A DNA stretch of 64,000 bases from Bacillota bacterium. Lineage in GTDB: Bacteria; Bacillota; DTU025. Location: NCBI GenBank assembly GCA_028709305.1, contig JAQVXE010000001.1, positions 7,477-71,476 of the forward strand, in the 5' to 3' direction. The notes below the pieces were generated by a model. The model searched no databases. It saw only the letters and a list, made by a program, of their open reading frames with translations, and was not told the origin of the DNA. Below are positions 41,313-51,666 of the stretch, in pieces. A program made the position numbers and the translations under genes. Each line of letters opens with the position of its first letter. Position 1 is the stretch's first letter.

Positions 41313-43088
41313 ATGCTACATCGTGGACAGGAGGGATGTGGCATGAGCAACGTCGGCGTGATTGGTTTGATCAACCTCTTCTTCGGCATTGTCATCGGTC
41401 TTTACTTCTGGAACCTGCTCAAGGCCCAGCAGGGATCGAAAACTGCAGTGGACCGTGATTCCCGCCGCGAAATGGAGAAGCTGAGGGAGATGCGCAGCCT
41501 CAGCCTGACCAGGCCCCTTACGGAATTGACCAGACCCGCACGGTTTGAGGACGTAGTAGGGCAGAAGGATGCCCTTCTTGCTTTGAAGGCGGCGCTTTGC
41601 GGGCCCAACCCCCAACATGTGATCCTCTACGGGCCGCCGGGAGTGGGAAAGACGGCTGCTGCTCGCGTTGTGCTTGAGGAGGCGAAGAAGAGCCCGCTTT
41701 CGCCCTTCAGAGCGGATGCCGTGTTCATCGAGATTGATGCGAACACCGCCCGTTTCGACGACCGCGGAATCGCCGATCCACTTATCGGATCGGTTCATGA
41801 TCCTATCTACCAGGGTGCAGGTCCCTTAGGTGTTGCAGGCATACCTCAGCCCAAACCGGGAGCCGTTACAAAGGCCCATGGCGGCGTGCTCTTCATAGAC
41901 GAGATCGGCGAACTCCACTCCATCCAAATGAACAAGCTGCTCAAGGTATTAGAGGACAGAAAGGTCTTCCTGGAGTCGGCTTATTACAGCGCTGACGACC
42001 GCAACATTCCCCTGTACATCCATGACATTTTCAAGAACGGACTCCCCGCCGACTTCCGGCTTGTGGGGGCCACCACTCGTCCTGCCCAGGACATTCCCCC
42101 GGCCATAAGGTCGAGATGCTTGGAGGTATATTTTCGGGCCCTTACGCCCGATGAAGTTGGCATCATAGCCACACAGGCCGCCGATAAGATCAAAATGCGC
42201 GTGGAAGATGGTGTTATCGACATCGTGAGAAAGTACGCGCAAAACGGAAGAGACGCGGTGAACATGGTGCAGCTTGCTGCGGGTGTTGCAATAACTGACG
42301 GGCGGCAGATGGTGATGAGGTCGGACATGGAATGGGTGGTAGAAAGCGGGCAGTACTCTCCTAGGCCGGAGAAGAAGGTACCGGATGTTCCTGAAGTTGG
42401 GGTCGTGAACGGGCTCGCCGTTTGGGGTCCGGGGATGGGGTCGGTGATCCAGATCGAGGCCTCAGCTACGCCCGGCGAACCGGGGTCGGGCACCTTCATC
42501 GTAACCGGGATCGTTGAAGAAGAGGAACAGGGAGATGGATCAAAGATACTCCGCAGGCGCAGCATGGCGCGGAGCTCAGTGGACAACGTGTCGACCGTTC
42601 TGCGCAACAGTTATTCTTTGCAGATATCTGATTACCACATACACGTAAACTTCCCCGGAGGGGCTCCAGTAGATGGACCTTCAGCTGGAATCGCTATGGC
42701 CGTCGCCGTATTGTCGGCCGTGAGGCAGATTCCCATTGACAACAGAGTGGCAATGACAGGTGAGCTAACGGTGCATGGAAAGGTGAGCCCAGTAGGGGGC
42801 ATCGTTGCCAAGGTAGAGGCCGCCGCAAGTGCCGGCGCCACCCGCGTGATCATCCCGGCGGAAAACTGGAACGACAGGTTCACTGAACGAACGGACATTC
42901 AGGTGATCGCAGCTAAGGATATCGACGAAGTCCTGAAGACTGCGACAGTGTTCAGGACAGTTGAAGCAGAGTCGCAAACTTCCCGTGCCACCTGGCCCGA
43001 GGTTGCCGCCGCGGCGAGTTGCCACAGGGGAGAGGTGCCGGGAGGAGCAGGTCCAGTGCCAGCAGGGAGCGTGCAGATCACTGGGTGA
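41313..43088 (+). CDS. lonB: LonB-type membrane-anchored ATP-dependent protease (AAA+ + Lon S16 proteolytic domain)
   Basis: N-terminal TM, Walker A GPPGVGKT, Lon protease Ser-Lys dyad region PVDGPSAGIAMAVAV ... K; position between clpX and lon as in Bacilli/Clostridia. Confidence 0.8.
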   Translation: MLHRGQEGCGMSNVGVIGLINLFFGIVIGLYFWNLLKAQQGSKTAVDRDSRREMEKLREMRSLSLTRPLTELTRPARFEDVVGQKDALLALKAALCGPNPQHVILYGPPGVGKTAAARVVLEEAKKSPLSPFRADAVFIEIDANTARFDDRGIADPLIGSVHDPIYQGAGPLGVAGIPQPKPGAVTKAHGGVLFIDEIGELHSIQMNKLLKVLEDRKVFLESAYYSADDRNIPLYIHDIFKNGLPADFRLVGATTRPAQDIPPAIRSRCLEVYFRALTPDEVGIIATQAADKIKMRVEDGVIDIVRKYAQNGRDAVNMVQLAAGVAITDGRQMVMRSDMEWVVESGQYSPRPEKKVPDVPEVGVVNGLAVWGPGMGSVIQIEASATPGEPGSGTFIVTGIVEEEEQGDGSKILRRRSMARSSVDNVSTVLRNSYSLQISDYHIHVNFPGGAPVDGPSAGIAMAVAVLSAVRQIPIDNRVAMTGELTVHGKVSPVGGIVAKVEAAASAGATRVIIPAENWNDRFTERTDIQVIAAKDIDEVLKTATVFRTVEAESQTSRATWPEVAAAASCHRGEVPGGAGPVPAGSVQITG

Positions 43089-43462
43089 GTGATAATTGGC
43101 GGTTCAGCCTTCATTCATTTCTGTTGGGTCACCCGGTTAAGTAGTTGGCCTTCATCGCCGAATCCCCATCCCGAACTCCCATAGTCGCATTCACATGCGC
43201 ACTCAAATGCTTGAAATCCCCGTCAAACTAGGTGGCACAGGGTTCGAAGCCGTTGGCGACTGTCCGCTTCAGACGGAACGCATCGCCTCTGACCGATGCG
43301 TACCCTGCCCAGCTGAGTCTCGTTCTTCTCGAATTCCGTGCATATCTTGCTGAAAAGGTCTGCTTTTTGCTTGCCCAGCTCTGCCACGTATTGCATTTAC
43401 CGTGCTGCTTTTCTTGAAGGAAAGCAAAGAGGCAAGGAGAATAGGTAGAATGCATGTAGGAG

Positions 43463-45958
43463 GTGCTTAATCCCTTGGCTAGAGCGGATAAGTTATCACA
43501 TAAAGACACAAAAACATCTGCACAGACGTTGCCACTGCTTCCCCTCAGAGGAGTTGTGGTATTTCCACACACCACCCTTCCACTTGAGGTTGGAAGGGAC
43601 AAGTCTGTGGTTGCCTTGGAAGAGGCAATGTCTTGCGGAAAGCTCATCGTCCTTGCCGCTCAGAAGGTCGCTAAGGTAAATGAGCCATCTCCCGACGACA
43701 TCTACACCGTAGGCACAGTGTCAGCGATAAAGCAGCTAGTCAGGTTGCCAGATGGCACAATACGAGTTGTTGTGGAAGGCGTCGAGCGGGCCGTTATCTT
43801 GGAATATGTACATTCCGACCCATGCTACGTGGTCAAGGTTGAGCCTATGCCAACTGTGGAAGTACACGACCCTGAACTGGAGGCTCTTGCACGTAACGCG
43901 TTGCGTGAATTTGAGCAATTCGTCAAACTTTCAAAGAAGATTCCAGTGGAGATACTCTTAGCTATAGCAGGATCAAACCAACCTGGCAAGCTTGCAGACG
44001 ATATAGCGGCTAACATGCCGCTGAAGATCGAGGATAAGCAGGAGATTCTTTCGTGCTTTGATGCGCGCACAAGGCTTGAGAGGCTATCAGTGATTCTCAG
44101 GCGCGAGCTTGAGATTCTCGAGCTCGAGCGGAAGATACACATGCGAGTCAGGAAGCAGATGGAGAAAACTCAAGAAGAGTATTACCTTCGTGAGCAAATG
44201 CGTGCAATAAAGAAAGAGCTGGGCGACCGTGATGACTTCAGCTCTGAAGCAGAAGAGTTCAAGCAGAAGATTGAGGAGGCCAATCTCCCCCAGGATGTGC
44301 TTGACAAGGCAGTCCGCGAACTCGACAAGCTGGAAAGCATGCCGCCAATGGCAGCCGAGTCCGTCGTCGTCCGTAATTACCTCGATTGGCTTCTCGCTAT
44401 TCCTTGGGGCGTGATGACAGAGGACAGGCTGGATATCGAGCGCGCCGAGGAAATCCTCGATGAGGATCACTGGGGCCTCGAGAAGGTCAAAGAGAGGATT
44501 TTGGAGTTCTTGGCAGTCCGGCAGCTCTCAGATGAGCTGCGAGGACCGATCCTTTGCCTGGTGGGCCCGCCTGGAGTAGGCAAGACTTCATTAGGCAAAT
44601 CTGTTGCCAGGGCCCTCAATCGCAACTTCGTCAGGTTTTCACTTGGCGGAGTAAGGGATGAGGCAGAAATTCGCGGTCACAGGCGCACCTATGTAGGGGC
44701 AATGCCAGGGAAAGTGGTTCAGCTGTTGAGGCAGGCTGGCAGCATGAACCCGGTGATTCTCCTGGATGAGATTGACAAGATGTCGGCTGATTTCCGGGGA
44801 GACCCGTCCTCGGCGTTGCTGGAAGTGCTCGATCCTGAGCAGAACTGCGAGTTTGGAGATCACTACATGGAGGTCACTATCGACCTTTCCAATGTCATGT
44901 TTATAACAACAGCCAACAACTTGTATTCCATCCCCCGACCTCTGCAAGACAGGATGGAGATCATAAGGCTTCCGGGATATACGGAAGAGGACAAGCTGCA
45001 GATCGCAAGGCACTTCCTTGTCAGCAAGCAGCTGGCTGAGAATGGACTATTGGAAGAAAACGTTGTGGTAGAGGGAGATGCGGTTCGCGAGATCATCCGC
45101 TGCTACACCCGGGAATCTGGCGTGCGCAACCTCGAACGTCAGATAGGTTCGATTTTCCGGAAGATTGCAAGAGAAGTAGTGGGCGGCAGCAAAGGACCGT
45201 TTGTGGTGAACCAGGCAGATCTCCAGGAGTATCTTGGAGTGCCCCAGTATAGATATGGCGTCGCTGACCTTGACAGCAAGGTTGGCGTAGCGGTGGGTGT
45301 CGCTTGGACCGAGACAGGCGGTGACACGCTCGACATTGAAGTATCGGCGATGAGCGGAAGCGGTAAGCTGATTCTCACGGGTAAGCTTGGCGATGTGATG
45401 CGCGAGTCGGCCCAGGCCGGGTATACGTATGTCAGGTCGCGAGCGCTCGAGCTTGGCATCTCTGAGGACTTCTACGAGAAGATGGACGTTCACATCCATG
45501 TTCCGGAAGGCGCGACCCCCAAAGATGGGCCGTCTGCAGGGATTACTATGGCTACAGCTCTGGCGTCGGCGCTTTCGGGCACGCCCGTTAGGAATGATCT
45601 GGCGATGACGGGCGAGATCACACTTCGAGGAAGAGTATTGCCGGTGGGCGGGATCAAGGAGAAGGCCCTTGCTGCTCACAGGGCGGGGATACGTACGATG
45701 ATAATCCCGGACGAAAACAACAAGGATCTCGAGGAACTGCCGGAAAATGTTGCGTGCGACATGACATTCGTCGAAGTATCCCACATGGATGAAGTACTGG
45801 CCATGGCACTTCTTCCGAGCGAAGCTGATGAAGAGGAGCGTCTTGACGCATGCAGTTCTCAACAGAGTGAATCTGCAGACGAAAGTGGCGGAGTGGTGAA
45901 AGGTCTCCCGCTCCCTGGCACTGTCCCTAACAGGCCTCAGCCTCCGGCTCTATGCTGA
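43463..45958 (+). CDS. lon: ATP-dependent protease La (LonA)
   Basis: Lon N-terminal [13 protein letters not shown], Walker [10 protein letters not shown], proteolytic [15 protein letters not shown]. Confidence 0.95.
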   Translation: MLNPLARADKLSHKDTKTSAQTLPLLPLRGVVVFPHTTLPLEVGRDKSVVALEEAMSCGKLIVLAAQKVAKVNEPSPDDIYTVGTVSAIKQLVRLPDGTIRVVVEGVERAVILEYVHSDPCYVVKVEPMPTVEVHDPELEALARNALREFEQFVKLSKKIPVEILLAIAGSNQPGKLADDIAANMPLKIEDKQEILSCFDARTRLERLSVILRRELEILELERKIHMRVRKQMEKTQEEYYLREQMRAIKKELGDRDDFSSEAEEFKQKIEEANLPQDVLDKAVRELDKLESMPPMAAESVVVRNYLDWLLAIPWGVMTEDRLDIERAEEILDEDHWGLEKVKERILEFLAVRQLSDELRGPILCLVGPPGVGKTSLGKSVARALNRNFVRFSLGGVRDEAEIRGHRRTYVGAMPGKVVQLLRQAGSMNPVILLDEIDKMSADFRGDPSSALLEVLDPEQNCEFGDHYMEVTIDLSNVMFITTANNLYSIPRPLQDRMEIIRLPGYTEEDKLQIARHFLVSKQLAENGLLEENVVVEGDAVREIIRCYTRESGVRNLERQIGSIFRKIAREVVGGSKGPFVVNQADLQEYLGVPQYRYGVADLDSKVGVAVGVAWTETGGDTLDIEVSAMSGSGKLILTGKLGDVMRESAQAGYTYVRSRALELGISEDFYEKMDVHIHVPEGATPKDGPSAGITMATALASALSGTPVRNDLAMTGEITLRGRVLPVGGIKEKALAAHRAGIRTMIIPDENNKDLEELPENVACDMTFVEVSHMDEVLAMALLPSEADEEERLDACSSQQSESADESGGVVKGLPLPGTVPNRPQPPALC

Positions 45959-46010
45959 GTAGCTAAGGCCATAACCTCTAAGGCAATCGATAATGACCAT
46001 GTGAGTTCTT

Positions 46011-46048
46011 GAAGGGCGCCCCGACGGGGCGCCCTCTAAGTATTTTGG
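46011..46048 (+). terminator. Rho-independent terminator after lon
   Basis: GC hairpin GGGCGCCCCGACGGGGCGCCC followed by U-tract TCTAAGTATTTT. Confidence 0.7.
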
Positions 46049-46316
46049 GCTCTTTTGGCACGTTGCTGTAAGTCATGGCAGGAGTTGATGCCTTGGAGGT
46101 CGAATATTCAGGGGGTGAATATTCATCTCTGCATAAACTACCCTTGGGGAAATCCACGGCGGCCTGCAAAACCCATGTTCCGCGCGGCGATGTGTTTGTG
46201 GCCTCGTTGAGGTCTGAGGCTTGGGGTTCGTGGATGGCTTGGTGGGTAGAATACTAGAGCAACAATCTTCCCCATGCAGGTGGGAATGTGCCTGGAAAGG
46301 ACGGGATGTGTAAGAC

Positions 46317-47639
46317 ATGGGCAAAACAAGAGTAATTATCATGGGCGCTGCGGGGCGCGACTTCCACAACTTCAATGTCTACTTCCGCGACAATGAAAGG
46401 TACGATGTTGTAGCTTTCACGGCCACGCAGATTCCGGATATCGCTGGGAGAGTGTACCCTGCTGTGCTGGCGGGAAAGCTTTATCCCAACGGGATTCCGA
46501 TCTATCCCGAGGATGAGCTTGAGGAGCTAATCAGGAAGCACGGCGTCGACCAGGCAATTTTTGCCTACAGCGACCTTTCGCATGTTGACATAATGCACAA
46601 AGCTTCTGCTGTAATGGCCGCAGGCGCAGATTTCCGCCTGATGGGGCCGAAGACTACCATGCTTGAGTCAAAAGTCCCTATTGTAGCAATTGTTGCGGTG
46701 CGCACTGGGGTCGGCAAGAGCCAGACAACTCGCTACGTGAGCCAGGCTCTGATCGATGCGGGTTTGAAGGTAGTGGCGATCAGGCATCCGATGCCCTATG
46801 GCGACCTTGCCAAACAGGCAGTCCAGCGTTTTGCTACATACGAAGACCTTGATATCCACAAGTGCACCATTGAGGAGCGCGAGGAGTACGAGCCCCACAT
46901 CGATAAGGGCATAATCGTTTATGCCGGCGTCGATTACGGCAAGATCCTGGAAGAGGCCGAGAAAGAGGCTGATGTCATCCTTTGGGACGGCGGCAACAAC
47001 GACTTCTCTTTCTACAAGCCCGACCTCACCATCACACTGGTCGACCCGCACAGGGCTGGGCACGAGGTTCTGTACCATCCCGGCGAAACCAATGTACGCC
47101 TTGCCGATGTGGTGATCATAAACAAGGTAGACACTGCGAAGCCCGACGACATCGAGACGGTTCGCAAGAATGTGAAACGTGTCAATCCGCGCGCACAGAT
47201 AGTAGATGCGGCTTCGCCTGTGACCGTAGAAGACCCAGAGAAGATCCGCGGGAAGCGCGTTTTGGTAGTGGAGGATGGACCCACGCTTACCCATGGAGGA
47301 ATGGGTTTCGGTGCAGGAGTCGTTGCTGCCCGTCAGTTTGGAGCGAAGGAACTTGTGGAACCGAGGCCATTCGCTGTAGGCAGCCTCGTCGATACGCTGG
47401 AAACGTTCTGTCACCGTGAGCCGTTGCTTCCTGCAATGGGATACAGCGAGAAGCAGATACGCGAGCTTGAGACGACCATAGACAAATCTGACGCCGAAGT
47501 CGTTGTAATCGGGACGCCGATCGATCTACGCAGAGTTCTTGAGATAAACAAGCCCGCTGTGAGAGTAAGATACGAGCTCAAACAGGAGTCCGGACCCGAT
47601 CTTGTGGATATTGTGCGGGCGAAGTTCGTCAAGAAGTAG
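46317..47639 (+). CDS. COG2403-family P-loop protein (cyclic 2,3-diphosphoglycerate synthetase-like / predicted GTPase)
   Basis: P-loop VRTGVGKSQTT, ~440 aa with N-terminal Rossmann-like RVIIMGAAGRDFHNFN; family assignment from memory of COG2403/CPGS architecture, not verified. Confidence 0.45.
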   Translation: MGKTRVIIMGAAGRDFHNFNVYFRDNERYDVVAFTATQIPDIAGRVYPAVLAGKLYPNGIPIYPEDELEELIRKHGVDQAIFAYSDLSHVDIMHKASAVMAAGADFRLMGPKTTMLESKVPIVAIVAVRTGVGKSQTTRYVSQALIDAGLKVVAIRHPMPYGDLAKQAVQRFATYEDLDIHKCTIEEREEYEPHIDKGIIVYAGVDYGKILEEAEKEADVILWDGGNNDFSFYKPDLTITLVDPHRAGHEVLYHPGETNVRLADVVIINKVDTAKPDDIETVRKNVKRVNPRAQIVDAASPVTVEDPEKIRGKRVLVVEDGPTLTHGGMGFGAGVVAARQFGAKELVEPRPFAVGSLVDTLETFCHREPLLPAMGYSEKQIRELETTIDKSDAEVVVIGTPIDLRRVLEINKPAVRVRYELKQESGPDLVDIVRAKFVKK

Positions 47640-47795
47640 AACGGTTGGGCATGGCTTCTGATTAGAAGTGTTATCTACTTTCTCTGATCCGTGCAGGGGC
47701 ATGGAAGTAGACAGACAGAATCTCACATAGTTTACAGATTAGGCCTAAACTGGTATACTCCTGATCAGAATCGATTTTGATCAGGAGGGATTGGC

Positions 47796-49040
47796 ATGAG
47801 TCGATGCGCTTACGTCGCCGCCAGGCACAAAGCTTTCCCATGCATGCTGGCATTCGCTATGGCGGCGGCGTTCTTTTCTTGTTGCCCATCGCAGTCAGCG
47901 GTCGCGGCTTCAGGAAGCACGTCCCTTGTGTTCAAATGCACTCTGGATTCGGAGACTCAGCCCAGGATGATTGCTACATTGTCTCATACGGCCGGTCGGT
48001 TCTCCTCGACACTCAAGTCTTCCACCGAGGCGACACATGAGTTCAGGCTGCAGGCCAAATTCGCTGAGGAGCTCTCGCTTCTCAAATACTCTGCGGCACT
48101 GGGCATATCAGGGCTTCTTGCGGCACCTGGCGATGCTTCCCGCTGGCGCCAGCTCTCTTCTACGGTCGGCGTTGTTGTCGACAGGAAGGCCAACCCATGG
48201 CGGCCCGAGGGGAAGCTTGCTGTTACTGTAAGGGAATATCCCCTCAACGCCAGCAGGGATTATAGCGAAGGCATGGTTACTGTGAAGGCGGGTCGCAGCC
48301 TTTCGCAGGCCCCTGGGGCCACCGTTAAGCTGGAAGCGATCGCGGGCCGCAAGGAGATGCCACTCAACCCCAAGTGGACTGCGGGCTATTTGGAGTCATC
48401 TCTAACCGTGCAGTTGCCGTTGGGCTCGCACGCTCGAGGCACAGCCAACGTATCTGCCAGGCGCAGGGCTTACCCGGAAGCTGAGCACAAGTCGTACTCC
48501 CGCGCTGCGTGCAAGCTCACAGGAGAGTGGACGCCTTCCAAGGTTCATTCGATTGACTGTAGTCTGACAGCGGCGGCGACGGTGAGAGAGAATGATAGGT
48601 CTAAGGATAAGAATGAGGCCACGACAAGCGCCAAATGGACGTTCAAACCCTCGCAAGACTGGAGTGCAAACATCAAGGCGTCCCTTGTGTCTGCGCGCCA
48701 GCCCAATCAGGCAGATGCCGGGAGGGCGGTGCGGGGAAGTGGCGGGTTAACTCTCACATGGAAGCCTGCGGAAAGCCTGAGGTTGACGGCTGCCGGCGAT
48801 GTGTCGTATGGCAGTACCATTGCCGATGATGAAGATGATGACGATGTGAATGTAGAAGAGAGGGCAGGAGACAGCAAAGTCAGAACAGGTTTCGTGCTTG
48901 GAGCGAGTTTGGGACTTTCGAGCCGAGTCACGCTCGATGGAAAAGTCAGTCTGAAGCGCGAGAGTCAGCAGGCAACTGACGTATGGGAGCATGGCAAGTG
49001 GGTGCACACAGGAGAGATTCAGGTGTCCATGAAATTCTGA
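47796..49040 (+). CDS. Secreted beta-rich protein, candidate outer-membrane beta-barrel (C-terminal ...QVSMKF)
   Basis: Signal peptide, alternating amphipathic strands, aromatic C-terminus; Asp-rich patch DDEDDDD. Confidence 0.4.
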   Translation: MSRCAYVAARHKAFPCMLAFAMAAAFFSCCPSQSAVAASGSTSLVFKCTLDSETQPRMIATLSHTAGRFSSTLKSSTEATHEFRLQAKFAEELSLLKYSAALGISGLLAAPGDASRWRQLSSTVGVVVDRKANPWRPEGKLAVTVREYPLNASRDYSEGMVTVKAGRSLSQAPGATVKLEAIAGRKEMPLNPKWTAGYLESSLTVQLPLGSHARGTANVSARRRAYPEAEHKSYSRAACKLTGEWTPSKVHSIDCSLTAAATVRENDRSKDKNEATTSAKWTFKPSQDWSANIKASLVSARQPNQADAGRAVRGSGGLTLTWKPAESLRLTAAGDVSYGSTIADDEDDDDVNVEERAGDSKVRTGFVLGASLGLSSRVTLDGKVSLKRESQQATDVWEHGKWVHTGEIQVSMKF

Positions 49041-49146
49041 GGCTATTGCCTACGTGCTGGGTTAAGTGTAAGATACTATAGTGAGCATCTGTTGCGATCA
49101 GACAGTTAGTCGCAGGGCTGCGATAAGGCTTAAGGGAGGAGATCGC

Positions 49147-51237
49147 TTGAAAAAATATACAGTGGATCAGCTGCGTAACCTTGCCGTTGTGTCACATGGC
49201 GGCGCTGGCAAGACTACTCTTGCCGAGGCTATGCTCTACTTGAGCGGTGGTGTGGATAGGCTTGGCAAGGTGGATGATGGCACTTCGACGATGGACTACG
49301 ATCCAGACGAGGTCAAGCGGAAAAGCTCCATTAACGCCTCGGTAGCCCCTGTGGAGTGGAATAATCATAAGATCAACTTTATTGACACTCCCGGCTACTC
49401 TGATTTCGTCGGCGATGTTGTGGGCGCATTGCGCGTAGCCGACTCCGTGATGGTGCTAGTAGATGCAGTCTCCGGAGTCGAAGTTGGCACGGAGCTCATG
49501 TGGAGACGCATCGAGGAATACGACCTTCCCCGCATGCTGGTTGTAAACCGCATGGACCGCGAGAACGCCAACTTCTTCAAGGCAGTCGAGTCTCTCACAG
49601 AGTTTTTTGGCAATAGGGTCGCTGTTGCTCAGATTCCTGTTGGGGAAGGCGACAAGTTCCGCGGGGTTATAGATCTTTCAAGCATGAAGGCCTACATGTG
49701 GGATGATGCCTCCGGAAAGAATTACAGCGAGGTCGAAATCCCTGCCGACCTTCTTGAGACGGCTGAGGAGTATCGCGAGAAACTCGTGGAGTTTGCTGCA
49801 GAAAGCGATGAGGAGCTACTTAACAAGTATTTTGAGGGCGAAACGCTGACGCAGAAGGATATTGAGGCAGGGCTCGAAAAGGCGTTGCTGTCCCGTTCGG
49901 TTTATCCTGTATTTTGCGCATCCGGATTGAAGCTCACAGGGATTCAGCCATTGATGGATGCGATAGTTTCGCTGTGTCCGTCGCCTGTTTCGGTTGGGGC
50001 GGTAAAGGGTACAGCGCCTGGTTCTGAAGACGTTGTGGAGCGCAAGCCTGAGGAGACGGAGCCCCTCTCCGCGCTCGTCTTCAAAACAATGGCCGACCCT
50101 TACGTCGGCAAGATTACCATGTTCCGTGTATATTCAGGTATTGTGAAGTCGGATTCGCAGGTGTATAACGCCAGCCGCGACAGGACGGAGCGGTTCGGCC
50201 AGATATTTATGACCAAGGGAAAACAGCAAGTTCCCGTCTCCGAAGTGGGCCCTGGCGATATTGCCGGCGTGGCGAAGCTTGCCGAGACGACTACCGGGGA
50301 TACGCTGGCAGACAAGGACAATCCGATGATACTGCCGCGGATCGACTTCCCCAGTTCCGTACTGTCTATGGCTGTAAGACCGAAGAGCAAGGGCGATGAG
50401 GACAAGATAGGCCAGGGCCTGACTAGGCTCATGGAGGAAGATCCCACGCTCAAGTTTGACAAGGACGCGGAGTCGTCGGAGCTTGTCGTTTCGGGAATGG
50501 GCGAAGTGCACCTCGACATAATGGCCGACAGGCTGAAGAGGAAATTTGGCGTAGAGGTAGTGCTCGAGGAGCCCAAGATACCCTACAGAGAAACCATCAA
50601 GAACACCGTTAATGTTGAGGGCAGGCACAAGAAGCAGACAGGTGGACGGGGCCAGTTCGGACACGTATGGATTGAGATGTCGCCCCTGCCGTCCGGAACA
50701 GGGTTTGAATTCGAGGACAAAGTCTTTGGAGGCGCAGTGCCGCGCCAGTTCATCCCTGCCGTGGAGAAGGGCTTGAGAGAAGCTCTCCCAGCCGGAGGCG
50801 TATTGGCCGGATTCCCGTTGGTTGACCTCAAGTGCTCGCTCTACGATGGTTCGAGCCACCCTGTGGACTCGTCTGAAATGGCGTTTAAGATCGCGGCTCA
50901 GTTGGCGCTCAAGAAGGGCTGCACAGAGGCTACGCCGATACTCCTTGAACCCATACTCAAGGTGGATGTTACTGTGCCTGAGGAGTTCATGGGAGACGTC
51001 ATGGGCGACTTCAACAAGAAGCGCGGCCGAATATTGGGTATGGAGCCGGAGGGCAGATACCAGATAGTCAGGGCGCTTGTGCCAATGTCTGAGATGGCCA
51101 AGTACTCCATAGATCTGAGGGCCATGACGGGGGGCCGCGGCATGTTCACCACGGAATTTTCCCATTATGAGGAGGTTCCAGGGAGCATAGCAACGAAGAT
51201 CATCGAAGAGGCTAACAAGGAGAAGGAAGCGCAATAG
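49147..51237 (+). CDS. Elongation factor G family translational GTPase (EF-G paralog, EF-G2-like); TTG start after RBS aagggaggag
   Basis: G1 SHGGAGKTT, G3 DTPGYSDF, G4 NRMD; five-domain EF-G length (~697 aa). Confidence 0.9.
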   Translation: MKKYTVDQLRNLAVVSHGGAGKTTLAEAMLYLSGGVDRLGKVDDGTSTMDYDPDEVKRKSSINASVAPVEWNNHKINFIDTPGYSDFVGDVVGALRVADSVMVLVDAVSGVEVGTELMWRRIEEYDLPRMLVVNRMDRENANFFKAVESLTEFFGNRVAVAQIPVGEGDKFRGVIDLSSMKAYMWDDASGKNYSEVEIPADLLETAEEYREKLVEFAAESDEELLNKYFEGETLTQKDIEAGLEKALLSRSVYPVFCASGLKLTGIQPLMDAIVSLCPSPVSVGAVKGTAPGSEDVVERKPEETEPLSALVFKTMADPYVGKITMFRVYSGIVKSDSQVYNASRDRTERFGQIFMTKGKQQVPVSEVGPGDIAGVAKLAETTTGDTLADKDNPMILPRIDFPSSVLSMAVRPKSKGDEDKIGQGLTRLMEEDPTLKFDKDAESSELVVSGMGEVHLDIMADRLKRKFGVEVVLEEPKIPYRETIKNTVNVEGRHKKQTGGRGQFGHVWIEMSPLPSGTGFEFEDKVFGGAVPRQFIPAVEKGLREALPAGGVLAGFPLVDLKCSLYDGSSHPVDSSEMAFKIAAQLALKKGCTEATPILLEPILKVDVTVPEEFMGDVMGDFNKKRGRILGMEPEGRYQIVRALVPMSEMAKYSIDLRAMTGGRGMFTTEFSHYEEVPGSIATKIIEEANKEKEAQ

Positions 51238-51269
51238 GCTCTTGCCCGTGTGGCAGAGTGTGCGTATGA

Positions 51270-51585
51270 TATAGTTGAAATCCACAATTGCATACGCGAT
51301 GAAGGGGAGGAGTAGCGGGGTTAAGCCGCAAGAGAGGGATGTCCACCGGGTGGAAGGCATCCTGGCCTCTATCCACGCGAAGGTCGCCCCCGAGCAGCCG
51401 GTGCCAAATGGCCTTGCCCCAGCCCAGAGCGGGCGGGCCAGAGTAGAGCCAGCCGGGATAGCCCGTTACAGCTTGTGGAGATCAGTGCGGGCCGTGTTGT
51501 GTCGAGGCTTGCTCTGAACAAAGGTGGTACCGCGAAGGAACGCCTCCTTCGCCCTTTGATGGGCGGGGAGGCGTCTGTTTTTGGA
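51270..51585 (+). promoter_or_regulatory. T-box riboswitch leader of valS with intrinsic terminator; candidate Val specifier GUC (~51341)
   Basis: Conserved T-box sequence AAAGGTGGTACCGCG at 51520-51535 followed by terminator hairpin CGCCTCC...GGGCGGGGAGGCG + TCTGTTTTT; AGAGA GA-motif in stem I region. Confidence 0.75.
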
Positions 51586-51666
51586 AGGACAGATTCATAG
51601 ATGATCTGCCGGACATGTCTTGTTACGTCTGCAGAGATGCCGGCAGCTATGGGAGGCAAGCGATTC

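Noticed and set aside
46982-47419. 145-aa Arg-rich ORF (and 46921-47115) inside the COG2403-like gene
   Set aside because: Same-strand alternative frame with extreme Arg/Cys composition; GC-driven artefact.
49081-49146. EF-G ORF starting at ATG 49081 (MSICCDQTVSRRA...)
   Set aside because: The conserved EF-G N-terminus begins at TTG 49147 with a strong RBS (aagggaggag) just upstream.
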